This document shows, one piece after another, positions 8,991 through 18,678 of a stretch of 64,000 nucleotides of DNA (the first letter of the stretch is position 1; every line of letters begins with the position of its first letter). This DNA comes from Pirellulales bacterium (GTDB taxonomy: Bacteria; Planctomycetota; Planctomycetia; Pirellulales; JAICIG01). Location of the stretch: the NCBI GenBank assembly GCA_040901675.1, contig JBBDYJ010000010.1, positions 44,211 through 108,210 of the forward strand. Direction: 5' to 3'. The notes under the pieces were generated by a model. That model saw nothing but the letters and a program-made list of their open reading frames with translations, searched no databases and had not been told where the DNA came from. Position numbers and translations under genes: made by a program.

Positions 8991-10124
8991 GTGGCGCAAA
9001 AATCGAACTGCACCAGGGACGTGGCGGCCCGCTTCGACGGCGGGTCGGCGCATCCGCCCACGGCGGCTTGGAAGCGAGAGTTCCGCCGCCGGCTGCTGGC
9101 CTGGTTCGGCGAGCACGCGCGGGACCTGCCCTGGCGGCGCAGCCGCGATCCGTACCGCGTGTGGATCAGCGAGATCATGCTGCAGCAGACGCAGGCGGCC
9201 ACGGTCGAGCCCTATTTCCGGCGCTTTCTGCGGCAGTTCCCCAGCCTGCGGGCCCTGGCCGCCGCGCCCGAGGAACAGGTGCTGTTGGCCTGGGAAGGCT
9301 TGGGCTACTACCGCCGGGCCAGGCAGTTGCACCGGGCGGCCCGCATGATCGTCGAAGAGCACCGGGGCCGCTTCCCGCGCGATGCCGCGGCCGTCCGAAC
9401 CCTGCCCGGCATCGGCCGCTACACGGCCGGCGCGATCGCGTCGATTGCCTTCGATGCCCGCGAGGCGATCGTCGAAGCCAACACGGTGCGGCTGTTCAGC
9501 CGCTTGCTGGCCTATGCGGGCGATACGGGCCAGGCGGCCGCCCAGCGGTTGTTCTGGGAGTTTGCCGAGCAACTGCTGCCGGCCAGCGGGGCGGGCCGGT
9601 TCAACCAGGCGCTGATGGAGCTGGGCAGCCTGGTGTGCGTGCCGCGCGAACCGCACTGCGGCCGCTGTCCGGTGGCGGCTTTGTGCCCCACGCATCGCGA
9701 CGGCCTGGAGCAGGTGATCCCGCGAGCCGCGTCGCGGCCGCCGGTGACGTCTGTCCGCGAAGCGGCCCTGGTCGTGCGGCGGCGGGGGCGAGTGCTGCTG
9801 GCGCGCCGCGACCAGGCGCCCCGCTGGGCCGGGCTGTGGGACTTTCCGCGGTTCGAGCTGGACGGGCCGTGCGACGACGAGCAGTTCGACCTGGCCGAGC
9901 AGCTTCATTCGCTGACCGGCGTGGTCGCGCGGCCCGCGGGCCTGCTGGCGACGCTCAAGCACAGCGTGACCCGCTTTCGGATCACGCTCGATTGCCACCT
10001 GGCCGACTACGTATCGAGCGGCCGGGCGCCGGAGGGGACCGAGCTCAAGTGGACCAGGCCCGGCGAGCTGGAGTCGTATCCGCTCAGCGCCACGGGCCGC
10101 CGGCTGAGCCGGCTGCTGGACTGA
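8991..10124 (+). CDS. mutY: A/G-specific adenine glycosylase
   Basis: RDLPWRR, VWISEIMLQQTQ, WEGLGYYRRAR, LPGIGRYTAGAIASIAF, 4Fe-4S CX6CX2CX5C, C-terminal NUDIX-like region; start GTG 8991 or 9021. Confidence 0.95.
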   Translation: MAQKSNCTRDVAARFDGGSAHPPTAAWKREFRRRLLAWFGEHARDLPWRRSRDPYRVWISEIMLQQTQAATVEPYFRRFLRQFPSLRALAAAPEEQVLLAWEGLGYYRRARQLHRAARMIVEEHRGRFPRDAAAVRTLPGIGRYTAGAIASIAFDAREAIVEANTVRLFSRLLAYAGDTGQAAAQRLFWEFAEQLLPASGAGRFNQALMELGSLVCVPREPHCGRCPVAALCPTHRDGLEQVIPRAASRPPVTSVREAALVVRRRGRVLLARRDQAPRWAGLWDFPRFELDGPCDDEQFDLAEQLHSLTGVVARPAGLLATLKHSVTRFRITLDCHLADYVSSGRAPEGTELKWTRPGELESYPLSATGRRLSRLLD

Positions 10125-10342
10125 CGGTGCAAGCACCAGTAGCAGCTTGCGGGAGCCTAGGGCACATCATGGCGCCTGAAAAAAATCCGGGCAAAGATGG
10201 TTGACTACGTCGACGGGGCGCAGTAGCATCTGGGCGGTTGCAGCCGCTCGCGACGGGTAGGCTCGCAACCAGGTGATGATCGCCTTTGCCCGCTCCATGC
10301 GGTCAAAGGCTTTTTTTTCGACGTAATCAGGGAGGGCATTAC

Positions 10343-13300
10343 GTGCGAACATTTCCCCACTCGTGGATGGCTCATCGCCCCTGGGTGATTCGCCTCTTCG
10401 GTCATCTGCTCGTTCGCCGACAACGTCGCCGCAAGCCGCCCCGGCACCGCGCCAACCGCGTGGCCAAGGCGCCCGAAAAGTGTGAAGAGCGGTTGCCCGT
10501 GACCGACGTTTTCTTCACGACGACCGCGGTCAGCGCCGCCCTTGAAGCAGCATCGCCGACCATGGAGGTGGCCCAGGAAGACTTGAGCTATGCCGACCTC
10601 TCGGCCGATGAAGATGAATCGCCGAACGAGACGCCCAGTTCGTCCGTCAGCCTGGCAACCCAGTCGATCAACACCGCCGAAATCCACAGCGTCCCAACGG
10701 CCTACCAGATCGAGATTCTGGATTCCGGCGCCCAGAGCCATGCGGGCGCCGCGCCGGCGAACGCCTTGTCGACCGATTTGATGGGCGAACTTTGGTCCGA
10801 CCCGCTTGCCGACGACGAGAACTCGCAGACCTCGCTCGCCCTGTTGAACTCGGCCATCGGCAGCGAAGCGGACGCCCCATCCGGGCCATCGGGGGGCAGC
10901 CTGGCTGCCGTTTCGCCGGAAGGAGTGACGCTCGATGCCTCGGCTCCGGCGGCCTCCGCGACCGCTGATGCAACATCGACGAGTGATCCGGCATTGGCAG
11001 CCGGCGCGCTCGGTTCCACTGATTCAAGTGGCACGTCTGAGCCGGTGCTGAAAACCGAGGAGAGCACGTCAACGACGGGCGACGGAACGTCGGATTCCAG
11101 CTTCAGCACGATGACCACCACGGATTCCAGTTCCGAAACCGATCCGCTCGCGCGCGAAACGTCGGACATCCCGACGATGATGCCGCAGCCGGACGAATTC
11201 TTTACCAATCCGCCGATCAGTCCGCCGGGGCTGGCGGCCGGCTGGACGGATCCGCTCTGGGTGCTCTCGGCCAACGAGGCGGCCGTGCTCGTGCCGGGCG
11301 TCATCCAGCACTCGTACAGCACTTGGAGCATGGACCTGCGCGCCCAGGTGTCGGGTGGCATCGTCGACGATTACGCTTGGGACTTGAGCCAGGCCCCGGA
11401 TGTCCAGAACGTCACGGGCACCGGCACGTACCGGCTGCAGTTCGACTGGGCGAGTTTTCAAGGTTCGCCCAGGACCAATACCATAACCATAACTACGACC
11501 AACACGGACAGCACGGTGCAATCGCAGGTGCTCACGTTCTTGGTGCAGCCGACGAATTTTATGGGCCAGGTTCCGCCAGCCCCGACCAGCGCCAACACGT
11601 GGGGCGCGGTGCTCTCCCCGGATCAAATCAAGGCCGAGCAGGAGTTGATCCAGGCGGCCGACTATGCGATTTCTCCAGTCACAGGCGCGCTGTACGTGGC
11701 CCATGAACTGCCCTCCTACAATCCGGGCGTGGCGCCAATCCGGCTCGTTTACAGCTCGCTGGCCGCCGACCCACGGCCGATCTTCATCGACCACTTCCAG
11801 TTGGATCCGGCGCGCGCGGCGGCCCCGAGCCGGGTCAGCGCGAAGCTGACGCTCAACGGCGTGGCCGGCTCGGACATCTGGTACGACACGTCGCTCTTGA
11901 ACCCTGGCGGCATTTTGCAAATCGCCCTGCAGGGGCAGGCTGGCCTGGCCACCGGAAGGTATGCCTACTCGATCGACGTGACCGAACACTATGCCACGGC
12001 CACCACGACGACCCACAGTGGCCACGTGAACGTTATTAACTCCAGCACAAGCAACCTGGGGGCCGGCTGGTCTCTCGCCGGGTTGAGCCGAATCCATCCG
12101 GTCACGGGCGGCGTGATCCTGGAGATGGCCGGGGGCCTGAGCCTCTGGTTCGCCGACGGGGCGCAAGCCGGCACCTACGTCACGCCGGCCGGCGACTTCA
12201 GCACCCTGGTGAAGAATGGCGACAACACCTGGACCCGCACCATGAAGGACGGGGTGCAGGTCAACTTCCGCTCCGACGGCCGGCAGACGTCGGTCGTCGA
12301 TCGGAACCTCAACACGCTGACCTACAACTGGGACGCCACGTTCCCGGACAGGCTCGTGTCGATCGTCGACCAGAACAACGTCGCGACGAACCTTGGCTAT
12401 ACCAGCGGAATGGTCAGCACGTTTATCGACGTGGCCAATCGCGTCACGCAGTTGACCCACACCTCGGGGCGGCTGACCAGCCTCACGATGCCCGACACGG
12501 CCGTCTGGGGGCATGGCTATGATTCTTCCAGCCGCATGACATCCCTGACGACCCCGCGCAGTCACACTACCACGTTCGGCCTGGACTTCGCCGGGCGCGT
12601 CGGCATCGTCACGCGGCCGGACACCACCACCGAGCAACTCACGCCGCTCGTGATCCGCGGCCTGGCCCAGGCGCCCTACGGCACCCAGGGCAACCCGGCA
12701 ATCGCCGTGTTGGCGGTCGAGGCCACGGCCAGCTATACCGACCCGCGCGCCAACGTCTGGCAGAGCCGGCACGACTGGCTGGGCTTCGGCCTGGCCACCG
12801 CCTCGGCCGACCCGATGGCCCACAACGCGGTGGTCCACGTCACGCCCAATGGTCTTCCCTGGCTGGTCAACGACCCGTTGAACCGCAGGACGTACACGGA
12901 GTTTGATGCCAGCGCGAACCCCACCAAGGTGGTCCTGCCCGACTACAATTCGGAAAGTTTTGTCTGGAACAGTTTTTCGCAGCCGACGCAGTACACCAAC
13001 CCCCGCGGCAAGAACACCACCTACGTCTACTCGGCCACTGGCAGCAACCTGATCACCATCCGCAACGCCTTGAACGGCGAAAAGACGTTCACGCACACCA
13101 CGGATGGGCTGGTTGCCACGGCCACGAACGAAGTGGGGGAGACGACCGCGTTTTCGTATGATGCGCGCGACAGGCTCGTGGAAATAGAATTTCCAGACGA
13201 TTCTCCGGACCCGAACCCGTTCGTGACGATGGCTTACAACGCGGCCAGCGACATGACCTCGTACACGAACGAACGGGGATTCACGACGACGACCACCTTT

Positions 13301-16300
13301 GACCAAATGGGGAGGCCTCTCCAGATCACGCTGCCCGACCTTAACGGAGACCCGAATGACAACCCGAAGTACACAACCGTTTACGACTTGTACGGAAATA
13401 CTACGTCTCGCTCGGACCCACTGAACCATACCGAGACGGCCAGCTATGATTCCATGAATCGCGTTCTGACCGAGGCGGATCCGCTCAACAACGTGACCGA
13501 ATACGTGTGGGGAGCGGCCTCGCAGCTCGAGGCCGTGGAGGACCCGATGGGCAGGGTCACGTCGCTGGCGTGGGATTCGGCCCTCCGAAACACCTCCATC
13601 ACGCTGCCCGACCCGGATCTGGGCGGTCCGCTGCTGGCGCCCGTGATCACGATGGCGTATGATGCCGCTTCCCAGCGCACGGCCTTCACGGATGGGTTGA
13701 ACCGCACCTGGACCACCCAATATCACCCGCGGGGCTGGGTCTTGCTGGTCGTGGATCCCATGGGGAACGAGCAGGGGGCGGGATACGATGCCAACGGCAA
13801 CGTCATCCAGCGGACGGAGAGCGGGCCGGGGGGCATGAGTGCCGGCCAGCAGGGATACCTGTTCGACGACCTGGATAGAAATGTGTCGTACACGGACCAG
13901 TTGTCCCACACCACCACGCATAGCTTCGACGCTGCTAGCCGTCGCACTTCAACCACGAACGCCCTTGGTTTTCAGACGTCATTCACGTACGGCGCCCGCG
14001 ACGAGCTTCGCACCGTGACGACCCCTGACCCCGACGGGCCTTCCAATCCGCTGCTGCCTTCGGTGATCACCTTTGGTTACGACCTGGCGCTCAACCGAAC
14101 CTCGGTGGTCGATGCGCTGAACCGAACGACCACCACAACCTTCGACGCCCAGGACAGGGCGACCGAGACGCTTGATCCCATGGGCGGAGTGACGCGGGTC
14201 ACCTTCGACCTCGCCGGGCGCATGACGGAATTGACCGATCCAGTCAATAACACCACGAGTTGGTCGCATGATAACGCCGATCGCGTCGTGTCGGAAACTA
14301 ACGTGCTGAATTTCGCACGAACGTTTGTGTACAATGGCGCCGACGAGCTGACCAGCGTCACCGACCGCAACGGCCGCGAGCGGACGTTTGCCCGCGACAA
14401 CCTGGGGCGGATCACGTCCGAGCAGTGGCTGGACGCGGCCCAGAACCCGATCCACACGATCAACTACGTCCATGACGTGGCCAGCCAGTTGACCAGCGTC
14501 TCGGACGCCTATTCTTCGTACGCTTTCGGTTATAATGATGCCGGCTGGGTGACGAGCGAGGACAACAGCGGCACGCCTGGGATGCCCAACGTGATCCTGA
14601 CGCACGGCTACAACGCGTTCGGCGAGCGGACCAGCCGCTCGGACAATGTTGGTTCCGGCGGCTCGACCGCCTTCACGTTCGACCAGGCGCACCGCCTGAC
14701 CGGCGCCACGCTGACCGTGGGCAGCAACACCGCGCAGGTGGCTTGGACCTACGACAATGCCGACCGCATGACCAGGATTACCCGTAACGGCATGGGGTCG
14801 GAGGTCTGGACCGACATCACGCTGGACAACATGGACCGCGTCAAGCGGATCGCGCACTCCAGCTACGCGAAGGGGATGATGTTCGGCAATCCTGCCTTGA
14901 GCGCCTTCGACTACACCTGGAACGCCGCCTCCGAGATCACCAGCTACACCGGCCCCGAGGGGACGCTCAACTATAGTTATGACACGACCAGCCAGTTGAC
15001 CGGCGTGAGCGGGGCCCGCGCGGAGGCCTACTCGTACGATCTGAACGGCAACCGCACGATGGCCGGCTATTCGACGGGCACGGGCAACCGGCTCTTGTCG
15101 GACGGCGTGTACAACTACCAGCACGACAACGAGGGAAATCTCACGGTCCAGACCCGGATCTCGGACAGCCAGCGGACCGAGTTCACCTGGGACCATCGCA
15201 ACCGTCTGACCAAGGTGCTGGTCAAGGACTCCGGCGGCGCCGTCCTGCGCGAGGCGCGCTTCACGTACGATGTGTTTGATCGGCTCATTGGCCGCTGGGT
15301 CGATATGGACGGCGCGGGGCCGCAGGCGGCGGTTCAGACCTGGCACGCCTACGACGGCGCGAACCCCTACGCCGATTTTAACAGCTCCGGCGCCTTGACC
15401 AACCGCTACCTATACAAGGCCATCGACGAGCTGATGGGGCGGATGTCGTCGTCGGGCGTGGTGGACTGGTACATGCCCGACCTCATTGGCTCGACGCGGC
15501 AGATCGTGAACAAGATGGGCACCAGCACGCTGCACACGGCCAACTACGACTCGTTCGGGAACATTGCCAGCCAGAGCGGCACGGGCGACCGCTTCAAGTA
15601 CGCCGCCCGCGAGTTGGAGGCGGCGATTGACCAGTACCACAATCGCGCCCGCTGGTACGATCCCAGGGTCGGCCGGTTTACAGGTGAAGACCCGATCGGA
15701 TTTGAGGGTGGGGATGCGAATCTTTTCCGATATGTCCACAACTCGCCGCTCCAATTCAGGGATCCTTTGGGCCATAGTGCTTGGAGCAATTATTTCAGAG
15801 ACGTTGGTCAGACCGCGAAGGGATATTTTTGGAATGGCCCGATAAGCCTCGGAGCTGGTGCTTGGAACGCGGTGACACATCCAATCCAGACAGCAAAAGG
15901 CATTGGCCATGCCGTCGCCCACCCGATTCAGACTGGTCAGGCAGTCTACCAGCAAGCGAAGCAGCAGGCGCAAACGCCTCAGGGGCAGGGTCAATTGGGC
16001 TTCACCATAGCCTCCGGCATTCTCTCCGGGCCGGCAAACGCTGCCAAAGCCGCACAAGTTGCCAAAATGGCAAAGGCGGCAACCGTCGCAAAAACCGCGC
16101 AAGCAACGCAAAAGGCTGCTCAAGTTGCTAAAAGCGCGGCGACCAAGACGAAGACCGCCGTACAGAACGCGAATAAGCCGCCCGCGGTGTCAAGCGGCCT
16201 TGTCACTCAAGCGGTCTATCAAACGAAGTACAAAACGTTTGCCGCGGCGATGAAGGTGAACTGGCACCATATCTGGCCAAAGTACCTCGGGCCGCCACCC

Positions 16301-16507
16301 GCCGCCTTTACCCACCTCAGCGCCACGCTCGTGGGGATCCCTGCGGCCTATCACACCGTTATTCACCAAGCCATCCAGGCGGCCTTGCCGAGGGCCCTTG
16401 CCGGAACTTTCACGCCACAGCAGATCTATCAACAATTGACGGCCATCTATCAGAAGTACCCTCTGTCAGGTTTTCCAACGAAAACCTTCCCTCAACCGGT
16501 GCAGTAG
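10343..16507 (+). CDS. Rhs/YD-repeat polymorphic toxin with putative HNH-like C-terminal toxin domain
   Basis: Many YD repeats; core end YHNRARWYDPRVGRFTGEDPIGF..NLFRYVHNSPLQFRDPLG; tip HHIWPKYLG..IPAAYHTVIH; GGAGGG before GTG 10343. Confidence 0.92.
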   Translation: MRTFPHSWMAHRPWVIRLFGHLLVRRQRRRKPPRHRANRVAKAPEKCEERLPVTDVFFTTTAVSAALEAASPTMEVAQEDLSYADLSADEDESPNETPSSSVSLATQSINTAEIHSVPTAYQIEILDSGAQSHAGAAPANALSTDLMGELWSDPLADDENSQTSLALLNSAIGSEADAPSGPSGGSLAAVSPEGVTLDASAPAASATADATSTSDPALAAGALGSTDSSGTSEPVLKTEESTSTTGDGTSDSSFSTMTTTDSSSETDPLARETSDIPTMMPQPDEFFTNPPISPPGLAAGWTDPLWVLSANEAAVLVPGVIQHSYSTWSMDLRAQVSGGIVDDYAWDLSQAPDVQNVTGTGTYRLQFDWASFQGSPRTNTITITTTNTDSTVQSQVLTFLVQPTNFMGQVPPAPTSANTWGAVLSPDQIKAEQELIQAADYAISPVTGALYVAHELPSYNPGVAPIRLVYSSLAADPRPIFIDHFQLDPARAAAPSRVSAKLTLNGVAGSDIWYDTSLLNPGGILQIALQGQAGLATGRYAYSIDVTEHYATATTTTHSGHVNVINSSTSNLGAGWSLAGLSRIHPVTGGVILEMAGGLSLWFADGAQAGTYVTPAGDFSTLVKNGDNTWTRTMKDGVQVNFRSDGRQTSVVDRNLNTLTYNWDATFPDRLVSIVDQNNVATNLGYTSGMVSTFIDVANRVTQLTHTSGRLTSLTMPDTAVWGHGYDSSSRMTSLTTPRSHTTTFGLDFAGRVGIVTRPDTTTEQLTPLVIRGLAQAPYGTQGNPAIAVLAVEATASYTDPRANVWQSRHDWLGFGLATASADPMAHNAVVHVTPNGLPWLVNDPLNRRTYTEFDASANPTKVVLPDYNSESFVWNSFSQPTQYTNPRGKNTTYVYSATGSNLITIRNALNGEKTFTHTTDGLVATATNEVGETTAFSYDARDRLVEIEFPDDSPDPNPFVTMAYNAASDMTSYTNERGFTTTTTFDQMGRPLQITLPDLNGDPNDNPKYTTVYDLYGNTTSRSDPLNHTETASYDSMNRVLTEADPLNNVTEYVWGAASQLEAVEDPMGRVTSLAWDSALRNTSITLPDPDLGGPLLAPVITMAYDAASQRTAFTDGLNRTWTTQYHPRGWVLLVVDPMGNEQGAGYDANGNVIQRTESGPGGMSAGQQGYLFDDLDRNVSYTDQLSHTTTHSFDAASRRTSTTNALGFQTSFTYGARDELRTVTTPDPDGPSNPLLPSVITFGYDLALNRTSVVDALNRTTTTTFDAQDRATETLDPMGGVTRVTFDLAGRMTELTDPVNNTTSWSHDNADRVVSETNVLNFARTFVYNGADELTSVTDRNGRERTFARDNLGRITSEQWLDAAQNPIHTINYVHDVASQLTSVSDAYSSYAFGYNDAGWVTSEDNSGTPGMPNVILTHGYNAFGERTSRSDNVGSGGSTAFTFDQAHRLTGATLTVGSNTAQVAWTYDNADRMTRITRNGMGSEVWTDITLDNMDRVKRIAHSSYAKGMMFGNPALSAFDYTWNAASEITSYTGPEGTLNYSYDTTSQLTGVSGARAEAYSYDLNGNRTMAGYSTGTGNRLLSDGVYNYQHDNEGNLTVQTRISDSQRTEFTWDHRNRLTKVLVKDSGGAVLREARFTYDVFDRLIGRWVDMDGAGPQAAVQTWHAYDGANPYADFNSSGALTNRYLYKAIDELMGRMSSSGVVDWYMPDLIGSTRQIVNKMGTSTLHTANYDSFGNIASQSGTGDRFKYAARELEAAIDQYHNRARWYDPRVGRFTGEDPIGFEGGDANLFRYVHNSPLQFRDPLGHSAWSNYFRDVGQTAKGYFWNGPISLGAGAWNAVTHPIQTAKGIGHAVAHPIQTGQAVYQQAKQQAQTPQGQGQLGFTIASGILSGPANAAKAAQVAKMAKAATVAKTAQATQKAAQVAKSAATKTKTAVQNANKPPAVSSGLVTQAVYQTKYKTFAAAMKVNWHHIWPKYLGPPPAAFTHLSATLVGIPAAYHTVIHQAIQAALPRALAGTFTPQQIYQQLTAIYQKYPLSGFPTKTFPQPVQ

Positions 16508-16563
16508 CGTATAGTCGCCTCTGTGGGCATGTTTCTCGAAGGCCATTGTAGGCTGTTAACGCG

Positions 16564-17427
16564 ATGAAGGAACTCCTCGATATCCGCGTTCCCGAAGAAT
16601 GGGCTCAGCAAACGTTGGGTGACATTGGCCAGCCCCTTCCGATGCCGCTACCGGAAGTTGTGCCACCATTCATTCGCCAAATTATCATAGACGCCGCGGA
16701 CCCACGGCTCCCCAACTTAAGGCGCCTGATCGAGCGAGAAGAGCGTCGCCGCCCCGGCACGACCATGGTCTTTGTATCCCGGCAGTATGATCCCGACGAG
16801 CTTCGCGCCGCCAGCGCATTTCGCCTCCGCGTGAATCCTTTTGTGATTGATACCTATGGAGAGGAATGCGGGACTGAATATGATGATCGTGCAGTGTGTG
16901 CTAAGTGTGGTGCGGGCAGGGTTCAACGGGGACCTCTCGTCCTTAACACGAAGAAGGTTCCTAAGAAGGCAGACATCGCCATCACTATCGCATATAATGA
17001 GTGGGTCGTCTCGGAGCGGTTGGTCTCGCTCATTGACTCGGAACGAGTAACCGGTTGCGAAGTCGAGCCAGTCATGGATTCAAAGGGACGACACGGGACG
17101 CCGAGATGGTATCAACTGCTCGTCACAGCGTACATTGGGCGAGCGTTCCCTCCCACACGGTTTGGTATCAATTATTTTCAAGAGGACCCGACGGGCGAGT
17201 ACGCCTGCGATCTGCACGACTGGTCAGGCCTGGACGTGCTCTCGGAGCTTTATATACGCGCTCAAGGAAATGAACGGCCCGACATCGCGAAAACGACTAA
17301 CCGAACCGGGCGTTTTGCAGGGTACATTCGGCCGGCGCCCTTACTCGTAATCTCCCCGCGGCTTGCATCCCTCTTGGGGGATCATGGGATGCGCGGCTAC
17401 GCTCTAGAAGTAGCTCACTTTATTTGA
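16564..17427 (+). CDS. Putative cognate immunity protein with CxxCG motif
   Basis: Starts 56 bp after rhs; lower GC like the toxin tip; GEECGTEYDDRAVCAKCGAGR, EWVVSERLVSLI..TG, LLVISPRL. Confidence 0.75.
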   Translation: MKELLDIRVPEEWAQQTLGDIGQPLPMPLPEVVPPFIRQIIIDAADPRLPNLRRLIEREERRRPGTTMVFVSRQYDPDELRAASAFRLRVNPFVIDTYGEECGTEYDDRAVCAKCGAGRVQRGPLVLNTKKVPKKADIAITIAYNEWVVSERLVSLIDSERVTGCEVEPVMDSKGRHGTPRWYQLLVTAYIGRAFPPTRFGINYFQEDPTGEYACDLHDWSGLDVLSELYIRAQGNERPDIAKTTNRTGRFAGYIRPAPLLVISPRLASLLGDHGMRGYALEVAHFI

Positions 17428-17495
17428 GCCGTTCCCGGGCGCAGGCCGGATAAGGGGATAAGTCCAATATTCGGCTTGGGAATATCTCCTGCGGC

Positions 17496-18260
17496 GAGCA
17501 GCGGCGCGACGCGGCCCAGAATCCGATCCACGCGGTCAGCTACGTCCACGATGCGGCCAGCCAGTTGACCAGCGTGTCGCACGCCTACTCCTCTTACGCT
17601 TTCGGCTATAATGATGCCGGCTGGGTGACGAGCGAGAACAACAGCGGCACGCCGGGGATGCCCAACGTGGTCCTGACGCACGGCTACAACGCGTTCGGCG
17701 AGCGGACCAGCCGCTCGGACAATCTGGGCGGCTCGACCGCCTTCACGTTCGACCAGGCGCACCGCATGACCGGCGCAACGCTGACCGTGGGCGCGAACAC
17801 CGCGCAGGTGGCTTGGACCTACGACAATGCCGACCGCATGACCAGGATTACCCGTAACGGCATGGGGTCGGAGGTCTGGACCGACATCACGCTGGACAAC
17901 ATGGACCGCGTCAAGCGGATCGCGCACTCCAGCTACGCGAAGGGGATGATGTTCGGCAATCCTGCCTTGAGCGCCTTCGACTACACCTGGAACGCCGCCT
18001 CCGAGATCACCAGCTACACCGGCCCCGAGGGGACGCTCAACTATAGTTATGACACGACCAACCAGCTCACGGGCGCCAGCGGGGCCCGGTCGGAGGCCTA
18101 CGGCTACGACCTGAACGGCAATCGCACCATGACCGGTTATTCGACCGGCACGGGCAACCGGCTCTTGTCCGACGGCGTGTACAACTACACGCACGACAAC
18201 GAGGGGAACCTGACGGTCCAGACGCGGATCTCCGACAGCCAGCGAACGGAGTTCACCTGG
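17496..18260 (+). pseudogene. Orphan Rhs core fragment (duplicate of 14420-15190)
   Basis: Collinear with 14420-15190 except a 6-bp deletion; 17796-18060 identical to 14726-14990; no convincing start, no DPxG, no toxin tip. Confidence 0.9.
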
Positions 18261-18333
18261 GCAGCCAGCCGCGGTCTTCCCCAGCGAGCATCGTCGGCTA
18301 CGGCTTGGGGCGTGCTGGCCACACTGCTCGCCT

Positions 18334-18567
18334 TCATTGTTTGGCTGATGGCACGTTAGCGTCGGCAGTGGGCCGGGTGATCTCGTCAATCGCGACGAAT
18401 GGCTTGTCGCCGGCCGGGCCGGCGGTCGAATCGCCGCATTTGGGGCAGCCGCCGCACGACCCGGCGCCCCTGGCCGAGAGCAACCTCCAGGCGCGGCGCA
18501 GCAAGTAGAGGCCCGCCCCGGTGGCCAAGGACAGGGCGGCCACGTTTTGCCAGTCGATCGAGTTCAT
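18334..18567 (-). CDS. FeoB-associated Cys-rich membrane protein
   Basis: One TM helix then SCGGCPKC; directly downstream of feoB. Confidence 0.8.
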   Translation of the reverse strand: MNSIDWQNVAALSLATGAGLYLLRRAWRLLSARGAGSCGGCPKCGDSTAGPAGDKPFVAIDEITRPTADANVPSAKQ

Positions 18568-18605
18568 GGGACGTCCAGCCGCGGCAAACAACCACTTCAA
18601 ATCAC

Positions 18606-18638
18606 CTGGGGCACGCTATCGCTTTGCCCCAGCCACCC
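18606..18638 (+). repeat. Single CTGGGGCA..TGCCCCAG REP copy
   Basis: CTGGGGCACGCTATCGCTTTGCCCCAGCCACCC between feoB and the Cys-rich gene. Confidence 0.85.
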
Positions 18639-18678
18639 CCGCTTCGATCCATATCGGAGCAATTTGTATCGGCCAACC

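Noticed and set aside
17565..18359. 264-aa Rhs fragment ORF with hydrophobic tail as a membrane-anchored protein
   Set aside because: Starts at an internal TTG with no RBS; tail is read-through into unrelated DNA overlapping the FeoB-associated gene end
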